Source: Niabella sp.
GTDB taxonomy: Bacteria > Bacteroidota > Bacteroidia > Chitinophagales > Chitinophagaceae
Length of the DNA: 64,000 nucleotides
Assembly: GCA_035434405.1 (NCBI GenBank)
Contig: DAORWU010000013.1
Span: forward strand, 22,688-86,687
Direction of reading: 5' to 3'
How positions within the stretch are numbered: position 1 is the first letter of the stretch; every line of letters starts with the position of its first letter. Shown here piece by piece: positions 9,819 through 18,738 of this stretch. The notes beneath the pieces were generated by a model that worked only from the letters and a program-made list of their open reading frames with translations, was not told the DNA's origin and did not search any database. Made by a program: the position numbers and the translations under genes.

Positions 9819-9881
9819 CCGGAAGCGATTAGAGCATATAATCATAGATATGCCAAAGGGAATCCACAAACCGCACATCGC

Positions 9882-9918
9882 AAAAATGATCTCTGCACCG
9901 ATAAGGTACAGAGATCAT
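9882..9918 (-). terminator. Terminator hairpin after ssb
   Basis: 10-bp perfect stem ATGATCTCTG (9886-9895) / CAGAGATCAT (9909-9918) with a 13-nt loop. On the minus strand it is followed by a short T-run (TTTT). Confidence 0.55.
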
Positions 9919-10003
9919 CTGGCGAATTGATTCAGCGCTCATTTTAGGTTTCTAATAAGTGCTTTTCAAACTCAGTCTATTTAGATCCAGGATGAATGAA
10001 AAT

Positions 10004-10360
10004 TTATGCTTCCATCAAATTTTGGTCTTTATTTCCTATCAGTAAAAGCTCGTTGGCATGCACTTCGGTGATATACTTTTTTGCGCCGGTTTTATCTACA
10101 TAATTGCGATTCACCAATTTGCCTTCAATCGCTACTTCCTTTCCTTTCTCCAGAAATTTATTGGCTATTTCTGCCACCTGCCCCCAAGCTACTATCTGAT
10201 GCCACTGGGTTTCTTTCACCTTTTCTCCTTTTGCGTTTTTATAAGTTTCGCTGGTGGCTAGGCTAAAGCGTGCCATCTTTTTACCGTTTTCAATGGTTTT
10301 GATTTCTGGTGTATTACCCAGGTTTCCGATTAACTGAACTTTGTTTTTAAGTGCGTACAT
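10004..10360 (-). CDS. ssb: Single-stranded DNA-binding protein (short form)
   Basis: 118 aa with an OB-fold SSB signature (NKVQLIGNLGNTPE...ARFSLAT...TQWHQIVAWG...AIEGKL). It lacks the acidic DDxxPF-type C-terminal tip. Confidence 0.85.
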   Translation of the reverse strand: MYALKNKVQLIGNLGNTPEIKTIENGKKMARFSLATSETYKNAKGEKVKETQWHQIVAWGQVAEIANKFLEKGKEVAIEGKLVNRNYVDKTGAKKYITEVHANELLLIGNKDQNLMEA

Positions 10361-10656
10361 AATGGTAAGTTTTAATTCCCGTCAGGGAGGTTGATTAATT
10401 CTTTATTTCAGTCTTCCGGTAGCGCTCCCGATTGACAACACAAAGATGCCTCCTCAGATTTCCCTTACTCGTATTTTAAAGATTTACTTACGACAATAAG
10501 CGTTTGCAAACGGTTGGAATCGCCTAATGATTTATAGGACATTAATAATCAACAAATAATAAAATGACAACTTTATTCTTTTAAAACACCCTCCTTTGGT
10601 TCTTGAAAATAGTTCAGGTCGGACAATATTTTTCTTATGACCGATTGGGCAGATTC

Positions 10657-10959
10657 TTATTTTTGAATTGGGCAATCAGTGTCTTGTTTTTTGCTAAACC
10701 ACTTTTGAGCTTTGGGTCTGCGGTGTGGGCATCCTGGCCAACAGCAAGGTTGCTTTTTACCTTCTTTTACATCGTTTGACAAACGCAGAATATGTTCTTC
10801 TCTGGTTTCTGTTTTTTTCACAATTGTAACCCAACAAATCCATTCGTTGCGTTGAATGGGTGTGAGTTTATTCCATCGCTCAAGCAAGCTGGTGTCTACT
10901 ATTAATGCTGCTTCTATATCGGTAGGGACTTCGTGTAATATTCCAGATTCTATTTTCAT
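10657..10959 (-). CDS. YdeI/OmpD-associated family protein
   Basis: 100 aa. WNKLTPIQRNEWICWVTIVKKTETREEHI resembles the YdeI/DUF1801-type C-terminal domain. Confidence 0.65.
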   Translation of the reverse strand: MKIESGILHEVPTDIEAALIVDTSLLERWNKLTPIQRNEWICWVTIVKKTETREEHILRLSNDVKEGKKQPCCWPGCPHRRPKAQKWFSKKQDTDCPIQK

Positions 10960-10970
10960 ATTTAAGAATT

Positions 10971-11348
10971 TTAGGTGGATAAAATTTTTCTGTCATTTGA
11001 TCTAAAATACCAGAAAGTAACAATCGCTATCAACAAAACCAATGCCGGCATGGCTTCTGCAAAGGGTTCTTTCAGTATTAAATGAGAAATGAAAGCACCT
11101 GACATTACAAAGAAAAATCATGCAAAAGTCCATTCTATCACCAAGGTATATTTTGGAATGAGAATGGCAAGGACACCCAATAGTTTCCATACACCCAAGA
11201 TACTCAAAAGATATAAAGGGTATTTCAATTTGGTAACAATATCGTTGTAGCCACCTATTTGAAGTAGCTGTTGTATGCCACCAGCCAACATTCCGAGTGA
11301 AAGAAAAGAAGTGGCTATCCAGTAAATAATTTTGTTTCGTTTGTTCAT
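10971..11348 (-). pseudogene. DoxX-like membrane protein interrupted by one in-frame TGA
   Basis: Track ORF 11118..11348 ends ...LVIEWTFA*. Reading on in the same frame gives FFFVMSGAFISHLILKEPFAEAMPALVLLIAIVTFWYFRSNDRKILST* (stop TAA at 10971-10973). The TGA at 11118-11120 sits where DoxX-like proteins have EWAYAGFFF, consistent with GGA changed to TGA. Confidence 0.6.
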
Positions 11349-11354
11349 GAGTTT

Positions 11355-11819
11355 TTATTTTAAAGAATAAAGGATTTCTTGTAGTTTATCGTGAGCCATA
11401 TTGAGGCCATAAGCAAAAGGCATTTTTAATTGTTCTGCCCTGTGCTGTTCCGATTGATAAATAATATGCATTGTAAGTTTGCTGGAACTATCAGTTAGTT
11501 TTTCAAAAGAAAGTATTTCCAACGATGCTCCAATACAGGCTTGCTCCATTTCAAAGGTTCTGATGATTTTTTCATTCGGAACAACTTGATGAAAACAGCC
11601 ATTGGCCGCAAACACAATATTCCCGTTGTACTCTGTTTCAAATCGGTAGTTGCCGAGGTTATGACATTCAAATTGTATCACCTTTGTACCCATCCATTGT
11701 GCTACTAATTCAGCTTCCTGATGGGCTTTATAAACCAATTCGACCGATAGGTCAAAAGTTCGAGTGATAGTTAAATCCTGTCGGCCTTCTAAGGCTTCTA
11801 TTTTTGTTTTTTGCTCCAC
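11355..11819 (-). CDS. SRPBCC domain protein (AHSA1/START-like)
   Basis: 154 aa, immediately downstream of an ArsR regulator, which is a very common ArsR-SRPBCC pairing. It begins with LTITRTFDLSVELVYKAH. Confidence 0.75.
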   Translation of the reverse strand: MEQKTKIEALEGRQDLTITRTFDLSVELVYKAHQEAELVAQWMGTKVIQFECHNLGNYRFETEYNGNIVFAANGCFHQVVPNEKIIRTFEMEQACIGASLEILSFEKLTDSSSKLTMHIIYQSEQHRAEQLKMPFAYGLNMAHDKLQEILYSLK

Positions 11820-11838
11820 TTTTTTACTGTTTTAAAGG

Positions 11839-12174
11839 TTATTTACTTTTTTTCTTTTTAAGCTGATGGGCATTCATTACAGCTTCCAGGCTGTTGAATC
11901 GTTTGTCCCAAAGCTGTCGGAAGGATTCTAAAAAATTATCTATTTCTTTCATTTTTTGAGCATTGATATGATAAAACATTTCTCTACCATTAGGCTCTTG
12001 CTTCAGTAATTCACATTCAATAAGTATCTGCAAATGTTTGGAAACTGTGGGTCTTGCTGTATCAAAGTTTGATGCAATGGCACCCGCAGTCATTGCCTGT
12101 GCGGCAAGCAACAGAAGTATTGCCCGTCTTGTCGGGTCGGCAATGGCTTGAAAAACGTCTCGTCTTAAATTCAT
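11839..12174 (-). CDS. ArsR/SmtB family transcriptional regulator
   Basis: 111 aa with a winged-HTH signature [17 protein letters not shown]...[24 protein letters not shown]. Confidence 0.85.
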   Translation of the reverse strand: MNLRRDVFQAIADPTRRAILLLLAAQAMTAGAIASNFDTARPTVSKHLQILIECELLKQEPNGREMFYHINAQKMKEIDNFLESFRQLWDKRFNSLEAVMNAHQLKKKKSK

Positions 12175-12176
12175 TA

Positions 12177-12220
12177 TGTAGCTATTTGACTACAAATATA
12201 AATGTAGCCATTTAACTACA
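12177..12220. promoter_or_regulatory. Tandem TGTAG-N8-CTACA palindromes (candidate ArsR operators)
   Basis: TGTAGCTATTTGACTACA (12177-12194) and TGTAGCCATTTAACTACA (12203-12220), separated by 8 nt. They begin 3 nt upstream of the arsR-like start codon. Confidence 0.5.
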
Positions 12221-12510
12221 CAAATATTTTTGTCCCTTTTTTATAATTAATCTGGGAAAATCTAAAGAGGAAAGGTTTGTCGTTTGGGGTTGAGTGTAGT
12301 CCTACAATGACTGCAAACTCTCATCTTTCCGATAACCGGGTAATAGCCTGGCTACTGACAACTAAAAGCAAGCGATTTTTAATGCCATCCGTAGATGGAA
12401 AATAAATTGCAAATTCTAGCTCATTGCAAAACCAATCAAAGTTATTGTCGAAATTTTATACCTTAGGCGTTTGAAACTCTGAAATACACTCAACATCCTG
12501 AACACAGAAA

Positions 12511-12987
12511 ATGACTCCCGAAATAGAAATTAAGCAAGAAAAGAAATTGATAGGTAAGCGAATGCAGTTGAGCCTGACAGACTATAATGTAGCAGAACTT
12601 TGGAAAAGTTTTATGCCTATCCGAAAAGAAATCATCAACCCTATTACCGATGATATGATTTCGATGTCGGTGTATTATTCTGACTATTTTACAAATTTCG
12701 ACCCCTCCAACAAATTTGAGAAATGGGCTACCCTGGAAGTGGCAGATTTTGACCATACGCCGATAGGGATGGAAACCTTTATTTTGCCCGAAGGACTTTA
12801 TGCTATTTTTTATTATCAGGGATTGAACACAGATCATTCCATTTTTGAATATATCTATGGCAGCTGGTTACCGAGTTCGGACTACGTGTTGGATGACAGG
12901 CCACACCTGGAACTGTTGGGCAAAGGATACAAAAACAACGACCCAAATTCTGAAGAAGAAATTTGGATACCGATTAGGTTGAAATGA
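12511..12987 (+). CDS. GyrI-like small-molecule-binding domain protein
   Basis: 158 aa with a pattern typical of the AraC-effector-binding/GyrI-like fold (IKQEKKLIGKRMQ...YAIFYYQG...EIWIPI). Confidence 0.7.
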   Translation: MTPEIEIKQEKKLIGKRMQLSLTDYNVAELWKSFMPIRKEIINPITDDMISMSVYYSDYFTNFDPSNKFEKWATLEVADFDHTPIGMETFILPEGLYAIFYYQGLNTDHSIFEYIYGSWLPSSDYVLDDRPHLELLGKGYKNNDPNSEEEIWIPIRLK

Positions 12988-13022
12988 GCCATTCTCACAA
13001 TACTAAAATTAGCCTTTAGACC

Positions 13023-13742
13023 ATGCGCATACATTTTATTCAGCACGAAATATTTGAAGCTCCCGGTGCCTGTCTGCAATGGGCCAAAGAAAGAAACCAC
13101 TCTGTTAGTTTTTCAAGAGTTTATCTGTTCGACCCGTTGCCAGATAATTTCGAGCACATCGACCTGCTCATAATAATGGGTGGGCCTCAAAGTCCGAACA
13201 CAACAAAAGATGAATGTCCTCATTTTGATGCAAAAGCTGAAATGGCCTGTATTCAAAAGGCTATACAAGCAGGCATAGCTGTATTAGGTGTTTGTCTGGG
13301 TGCTCAACTTATTGGTCAGGCATTGGGTGCGCCGGTAGAAAGAAGTCCCGAAAAGGAAATTGGTGTTTGGCCTATTGAGCTCACACCAGAAGGTCAAAAG
13401 GATGAAAACCTCTCCCATTTTGGACATTCACTACCTACGGGCCACTGGCATAGCGATATGCCAGGCCTAACAGCCAGCAGTAAGGTATTGGCCACCAGTT
13501 CGGGTTGTCCAAGACAAATTATTTGTTATGCTGCACGGGTGTATGGGTTTCAATGCCACATGGAGCTTAATCTGGATGTGGTGGAACTATTGATTCAGGA
13601 AGAAGAGGAATTTCTGACCCACAATACGGTTCACCAGTTTGTACAAAAACCAGATCAGATCAGGTCTTTCAATTATAGAAAAATGAATCACCAATTGTTT
13701 GTTTTTCTAGACAAACTGATGGCATCAAAACAATCTGCCTGA
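13023..13742 (+). CDS. Type 1 glutamine amidotransferase (GuaA-N-like)
   Basis: 239 aa with the nucleophile elbow GVCLGAQL and the His/Glu pair in FQCHME. Confidence 0.8.
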   Translation: MRIHFIQHEIFEAPGACLQWAKERNHSVSFSRVYLFDPLPDNFEHIDLLIIMGGPQSPNTTKDECPHFDAKAEMACIQKAIQAGIAVLGVCLGAQLIGQALGAPVERSPEKEIGVWPIELTPEGQKDENLSHFGHSLPTGHWHSDMPGLTASSKVLATSSGCPRQIICYAARVYGFQCHMELNLDVVELLIQEEEEFLTHNTVHQFVQKPDQIRSFNYRKMNHQLFVFLDKLMASKQSA

Positions 13743-14296
13743 CGGTAAAGTATTCGTTTTATTATTTGCCAATAGCACCAGATCAATAATATTCGGTCTT
13801 TGGAATTTTTCATCACAGGAGGTCCAAAATACTACCGACGAATTTCGATATGAAACTGCCAGGTATCGTAGCAATATATTGATGTTTCTGCAAAGGGTAC
13901 AAATTGATAAAGGTGATTTTCTGCAAATTCCTAATTCAACAAGATGAAAAAAAATAGGAAAGAACATTATTTGCGAATCAGTCTTAAACATATTATGCCC
14001 AGATAACCTAAATGCAGACAATAATATTTTCCGGATCATTGGATAGGCAGAAGGGATAATAAACATGGAGAGTAAAAATTCAAACTACTTTTTTTAATTT
14101 AGAGTTGGCTAAAACACCAGCCCCTTACCAATTCACCTTTTTTACTTCCACTCTACTACCTCGGTTTCAACAAGTACAAAGTCCCTACCCCAAAAATCGA
14201 ATAACCTATATTTTTCCAAACATTATAACGTATTTTTATGCAGGTTTCTTTTTTGTCCAGATGATGAACCAGTTTGACTTTTAGCCTGATTATAAA

Positions 14297-15115
14297 ATGA
14301 CAAATTCGGCTGCAATATATTTTCCTTCGGACCAGATTGAAAGTCAATACATCAAAAGTATTTGGCGGCTACAAGATGCAGATACGACTCCAAAAACTGA
14401 GATCATCTTGCCTAAGGGAACCATAGAAATCATCTTCAATCTTTCTAACAACATCACCTATTTCAACCCTTCTTTACACATTGAAAAAATATTACCAGTC
14501 TGTTTTATCAATGGCATCAATTTCAAACCATTTCAACTCATCAAATGTGGGCAGCAGGAATTTTTGGGTATCCAATTCAATACCATCGGACTAAGAAGCC
14601 TGTTTAATATTTCTATAAAGGAACTGAATGACTCTATTATTGAAGGCGGACTTATTTGCAAATCTTTGGACAGTTTAATCCAACTGTTGTATGAAAGTAC
14701 CTGTTTTGAAACACAGGTAGCAATCATCAGACATTGGTTACACCTGAAAATAGCAAGTTCACCTACAAAAAAAGTTACAGATTATGTCAATCATTTATTC
14801 CAAAATACTAAAACAGATGAGGTTTCGGTTAAAAAGCTTTGCAGTGAAAGATTTATTTCGGATAGACACCTGAGAAGGTTATCTGTAGAATGGTTAGGCA
14901 TGAATACTGAAACATTTATTCACTATAATAAATACCTCGCTTCATTACAACTGTTGCATCAGTCCACTTGTTCACTCACACAAATTGGATTAGATGCCGG
15001 ATACTATGACCAATCCCATTTCATTCGCGAATTCAAATTCTTTACCCAGATGACTCCAGGTGAATATCAAAAAGCTTCCAAAGGAATACCCGGTCATATA
15101 TATGATTGCAAATGA
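14297..15115 (+). CDS. AraC family transcriptional regulator
   Basis: 272 aa with a C-terminal HTH_18-like region (SDRHLRRLSVEWLGMNTETF...GYYDQSHFIREFKFFTQMTPGEY). Confidence 0.8.
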   Translation: MTNSAAIYFPSDQIESQYIKSIWRLQDADTTPKTEIILPKGTIEIIFNLSNNITYFNPSLHIEKILPVCFINGINFKPFQLIKCGQQEFLGIQFNTIGLRSLFNISIKELNDSIIEGGLICKSLDSLIQLLYESTCFETQVAIIRHWLHLKIASSPTKKVTDYVNHLFQNTKTDEVSVKKLCSERFISDRHLRRLSVEWLGMNTETFIHYNKYLASLQLLHQSTCSLTQIGLDAGYYDQSHFIREFKFFTQMTPGEYQKASKGIPGHIYDCK

Positions 15116-15188
15116 TGTCCGAATTGTACAATTCTTTTTGTGGCAGTCAAACCAATTTTGTGTTTTCTGTTCATCAAACTGCAACAAA

Positions 15189-16226
15189 ATGATTTATAGA
15201 TTTTCTCTTATTGAAAAAATTCTACTTGCCAAAGATATCATTCCACATCCTTTTGGAGATGCATCGTTCTCAGTAGGTCTTGGCTTTGCTTTGGGCATTT
15301 CAGTGAAACTGAAAATTGTGGATCAGTTATCCTATGCGTATAGAGATGTTGGATCCATTGCAAATGCTTCTCAGGTAAGCGAGATCGGAGCCACTTTGAT
15401 CCTGGATTGTTTGGATGCATTGGGTTATGTTCATAAAAAAAATAGTAAATATGCTTTTTCAAAACGTGGTTTTAAATGTTTATCGGCACAGTCTCCAAAC
15501 AATCTTAGGCACTTCATTTTGTTTTGTGATTATTTGTACCAAGGTTATATCCATCTAGGTGAAACCATTCGGCAGGGCAAAAGTTATCAGGCAGACAAGC
15601 TCCAGACAATGTCGGAGTATGAATGGGAGCTGTTTTCAAGAGCCATGATCGATATCTCCAAAACCAATTACAAAGAAGTGGTGGGCAAAATTCCGGTAGC
15701 CAAAACTGCCAGTAAGATACTGGATCTGGGAGGCTCTCATGGTCTATACAGTATAGAACTCTGTAATCGATATCCGCAGCTGAAAGCCACTATTGTGGAT
15801 CTTCCACCGGTTAAAAAATATGCAGACGAAACAATACATCAACACCAGGCCGGTGAGCGGGTTGGATTCCTTCCGGCAGATTTTATGAAGGAAGAAATAC
15901 CTAAAAATGTGGATATTATTTTAGCTTTTAACATCATTCATGGACTGAACCCAACCGAAAACCTGCTACTGGCTAAAAAGGTTTTTAGTTCATTGAACTA
16001 TGGCGGCATTTTTGTAATTCTGGACCAAATCAAAGGCATAGGCGGAAATTCTCAGATGTCTAAAGCCACTACCTCCTATATGGCACTGAATCTGCTGCAT
16101 GAAGCAGGTGGAAGAACCTACTCGGAAACAGAAGTGGATGCAATTGTCAAACAGTCAGGATTCAAAAGCACTGTCCTTAAAAAAATACATGCCCCAGGAT
16201 TTGGTATTATCATTTGCAATAAATAA
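15189..16226 (+). CDS. Class I SAM-dependent O-methyltransferase (Methyltransf_2-like)
   Basis: SAM motif ILDLGGSHGLYS with an acidic loop at VDLP. I prefer the ATG at 15189; the track start at 15060 overlaps the AraC gene and adds an implausible N-terminus. Confidence 0.75.
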   Translation: MIYRFSLIEKILLAKDIIPHPFGDASFSVGLGFALGISVKLKIVDQLSYAYRDVGSIANASQVSEIGATLILDCLDALGYVHKKNSKYAFSKRGFKCLSAQSPNNLRHFILFCDYLYQGYIHLGETIRQGKSYQADKLQTMSEYEWELFSRAMIDISKTNYKEVVGKIPVAKTASKILDLGGSHGLYSIELCNRYPQLKATIVDLPPVKKYADETIHQHQAGERVGFLPADFMKEEIPKNVDIILAFNIIHGLNPTENLLLAKKVFSSLNYGGIFVILDQIKGIGGNSQMSKATTSYMALNLLHEAGGRTYSETEVDAIVKQSGFKSTVLKKIHAPGFGIIICNK

Positions 16227-16613
16227 ATCATCATTTTATGATATGGAAAAATTATCAATTTCGAATGGGTTATTAAGTATGTTTGCCAAAAAAAAAGCGG
16301 AGTATGTTGGTGAAAAGGGTTTGCTGATTATCTGTTAAGCAACTTATCCATAAACCAAAAAAAAAGGCTACATGAGCCGATCAGGACTATTTGTTTCAAA
16401 ATAGGAAACCGTTAATCAGGCCTTTCATCCAACCAACAAAACAAAAAGAAATATCCGGATGAAACCAAATTCAATTTTGCCAAGGCAATTACTTATTCTG
16501 GTTTTGTTTTATTTTTTAATTTATATGTGAAAAGGCAAAGGCTATTGAAATCCTGTGACTATAGTGGTCAGATTCAATTCAAAGAAATACCTTAAAACTT
16601 AAACTATTAAAAG

Positions 16614-17603
16614 ATGAAATATTTTTTAAAAATTCTAAAATGGACGAGCATCGTATTAGCCATCCTCATCATTTTCCTATTTGCTTTTGTGCAATTGACC
16701 TGGAACAAAAAACACGATGCTCCTTATCCAGAAATTTCGGCTAGTAAAGATTCGGCTATCATAGCTCGCGGACAATACCTCGCCAATGGTCCTGCACACT
16801 GTGGTGGTTGCCACAGCAGCATGGATGAGGTAAGAGCTTTTGATGAAGGGGATAAAGTAGCTTTTAAAGGTGGATGGGAACTTTCCTTTCCAGGTTTCGG
16901 AACTTTCACCGGTCCAAACCTAACTTCTGACAAGGAGACTGGCATTGGGAATTTTTCTGATGGTGAAATAACACGTACGCTACGGCATGGAGTAGGAAAT
17001 GACGGTAGAGCTATTTTCCCAATGATGACCTTTCAGGGAATGAGCGATGAAGACTTAACAGCCATCATTTCCTATTTGAGAACTTTACCACCGGTGTCTC
17101 ATAAAGTAAAACCGTTTGATTATGGAATCATGTATAGGGCTTTACTTTCATTTGGATTAGTGAAACCCGAAGGCCCCAAACATACGCCACCCAAATCCGT
17201 TGCAATTGAACCCAGTACCTCATACGGAAAATATCTAGCTTATAATGTCACCAACTGTTACTCTTGCCATACAGAGGTGGATATGAATACAGGGGCTTAT
17301 ATTGGCGAACCCTTTGCTGGTAGAGCCTATTTTTCACCCGATGCCTTCTCTGAAGGATATGCTTATATGTCGCCAAACTTAACGCCACATAGTAGCACTG
17401 GTGTCATGGCCAACTGGTCAGAAGATGACTTTATGAAACGATTCAAATCAGGCAGGGTTCAAAAAGGAAGCCCGATGCCCTGGGGATCCTATTCCAGAAT
17501 GAATGATGTAGAGCTTCAGGCTATTTTTCGATTCCTTCAATCCCTGAAGCCGGTAGAAAATAAAATAGAAAAAACTGTTTTTGCTCCCGGAGAAGAACCC
17601 TGA
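16614..17603 (+). CDS. Membrane-anchored diheme c-type cytochrome
   Basis: N-terminal TM helix plus two CxxCH motifs: CGGCH at nt 16800-16814 and CYSCH at nt 17256-17270. Confidence 0.8.
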   Translation: MKYFLKILKWTSIVLAILIIFLFAFVQLTWNKKHDAPYPEISASKDSAIIARGQYLANGPAHCGGCHSSMDEVRAFDEGDKVAFKGGWELSFPGFGTFTGPNLTSDKETGIGNFSDGEITRTLRHGVGNDGRAIFPMMTFQGMSDEDLTAIISYLRTLPPVSHKVKPFDYGIMYRALLSFGLVKPEGPKHTPPKSVAIEPSTSYGKYLAYNVTNCYSCHTEVDMNTGAYIGEPFAGRAYFSPDAFSEGYAYMSPNLTPHSSTGVMANWSEDDFMKRFKSGRVQKGSPMPWGSYSRMNDVELQAIFRFLQSLKPVENKIEKTVFAPGEEP

Positions 17604-17734
17604 GAATAAGATCAAATCAAAGCTGATATTATTTTTTTGCAAATACAGCACTACAAGTCTGTTATAACATTGAATCGCCCTGCTTGATCAAGTTCTGCGT
17701 GATTCAAAAATGGATATTTATATCTGGTGAAACT

Positions 17735-18625
17735 TTATTTAAAAGCTTCGAGCACGGGCACTCCTCTCCAACTTTGCGGCATCTTTAAACCCAGCATATA
17801 GGCAATGGTGGCGGCAGTATCAAAAGTAATAATGGTGCTGCCTATCTGGTGTCCTTTGCGAATACCTTTTCCATAAATCACCCAGGGTATCAACACTTCG
17901 TCCAATGATTTACCGCCATGTCCCTTATCCTTTCCGCCATGATCGGCAGTAACCAAAATAACCGTCTGATCGGCTATGCCAGCTTGTTCTACCGCCATTA
18001 GTAATTTGCCGATACGTGTATCCACATTTTTAAGTTCGCTAAAATATTCAGGGGTATGATGACCGATATTGTGCCCCACGCCATCGGGTTGATCCAGATG
18101 AATGAAAGTCAAAACAGGTCTTTGTGTTTTGATGATGACAGCCGCGGTATCTACACAAAAATCATCATTATCATTTGCTGGAACACGAATGGATGTAGCC
18201 TGTTTTTCTATTATAGGATGAATGCCCTGCCAGCTATAAACTACCGCAGAAACCGCCTTTGGTTTTTGTTCTTTCAATAAACTAAAAATGGTAGGAAACA
18301 TACCAAACTGGTTGGTACAGGCAGATGGTATTTCCGGTACAGCACTATTCCATTCGGTATAACCATGCAGTGTTGGCCCAGCTCCCATCAACATCGATGC
18401 CCAGTTTACAGCACTAGAAGAAGGCAGCACTGACCTTGCCTTTAAAGACCAGGCACCATCACTCATCAGTTTTTTTAAGTTAGGCATATCTGCCTGGGGA
18501 AGCGCATAGGCTCCTAGTCCATCGCACCCAATTAGAATAACATGCTTAATTTTTTTTGGTTGCGCATTAGAGGCCAAAAAGAGCAATATTCCCGTAATCG
18601 CAAGTAGAAAATTTTTCAGTTTCAA
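17735..18625 (-). CDS. Alkaline phosphatase superfamily / nucleotide pyrophosphatase-phosphodiesterase-like protein
   Basis: 296 aa with a signal peptide. ILIGCDGLG...HLDQPDGVGHNIGH...TADHGG are metal-ligand motifs of NPP/AP enzymes. The apparent start codon is TTG. Confidence 0.75.
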   Translation of the reverse strand: MKLKNFLLAITGILLFLASNAQPKKIKHVILIGCDGLGAYALPQADMPNLKKLMSDGAWSLKARSVLPSSSAVNWASMLMGAGPTLHGYTEWNSAVPEIPSACTNQFGMFPTIFSLLKEQKPKAVSAVVYSWQGIHPIIEKQATSIRVPANDNDDFCVDTAAVIIKTQRPVLTFIHLDQPDGVGHNIGHHTPEYFSELKNVDTRIGKLLMAVEQAGIADQTVILVTADHGGKDKGHGGKSLDEVLIPWVIYGKGIRKGHQIGSTIITFDTAATIAYMLGLKMPQSWRGVPVLEAFK

Positions 18626-18668
18626 TGTACATGTAGGTTGAGAGGTGAAGATTGATTGAAGATTGCAA

Positions 18669-18692
18669 ATTACAAATTGGAGATTGATTATT
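18669..18692 (-). repeat. AT-rich CAAT-type intergenic module (second copy, opposite orientation)
   Basis: The reverse complement reads AATAATCAAT-ctc-CAATTTGTAAT, inside a wider ATTG-periodic tract at 18646-18705. Confidence 0.3.
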
Positions 18693-18738
18693 GAAAATTG
18701 AAAATAGTAAATTTTCTTCCTGCCAAAAATGAATAAAT

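Noticed and set aside
10501-10512. Perfect 12-bp palindrome CGTTTGCAAACG upstream of ssb
   Set aside because: It is an isolated single site with no second copy in the window and no adjacent regulator. There is not enough to call an operator.
11002-11190. 62-aa minus-strand track ORF downstream of the DoxX fragment
   Set aside because: It is out of frame with the DoxX-like reading frame. The in-frame continuation after the TGA gives a far more protein-like membrane sequence.
12490-12837. 115-aa minus-strand ORF overlapping the GyrI-like gene
   Set aside because: It is an antisense shadow of a recognisable plus-strand gene. The sequence is Cys/Phe/Ile-rich nonsense.
13725-14066. 113-aa minus-strand ORF in the AT-rich spacer
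   Set aside because: The composition is low-complexity (L/F/I/S/R-rich), with no recognisable motif. It overlaps the 3' end of the GATase gene and is likely a chance ORF in AT-rich DNA.
15060-15188. N-terminal extension of the O-methyltransferase ORF
   Set aside because: It overlaps the AraC gene's 3' end by 56 nt and encodes an implausible Cys/Phe-rich leader. The internal ATG at 15189 gives a normal methyltransferase N-terminus.
16243-16338. 31-codon ORF (MEKLSISNGLLSMFAKKKAEYVGEKGLLIIC) right after the O-methyltransferase, considered as a possible RiPP precursor
   Set aside because: No leader/core features and no other maturation enzymes are nearby, and short ORFs of this size are expected by chance. 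There is no supporting evidence.
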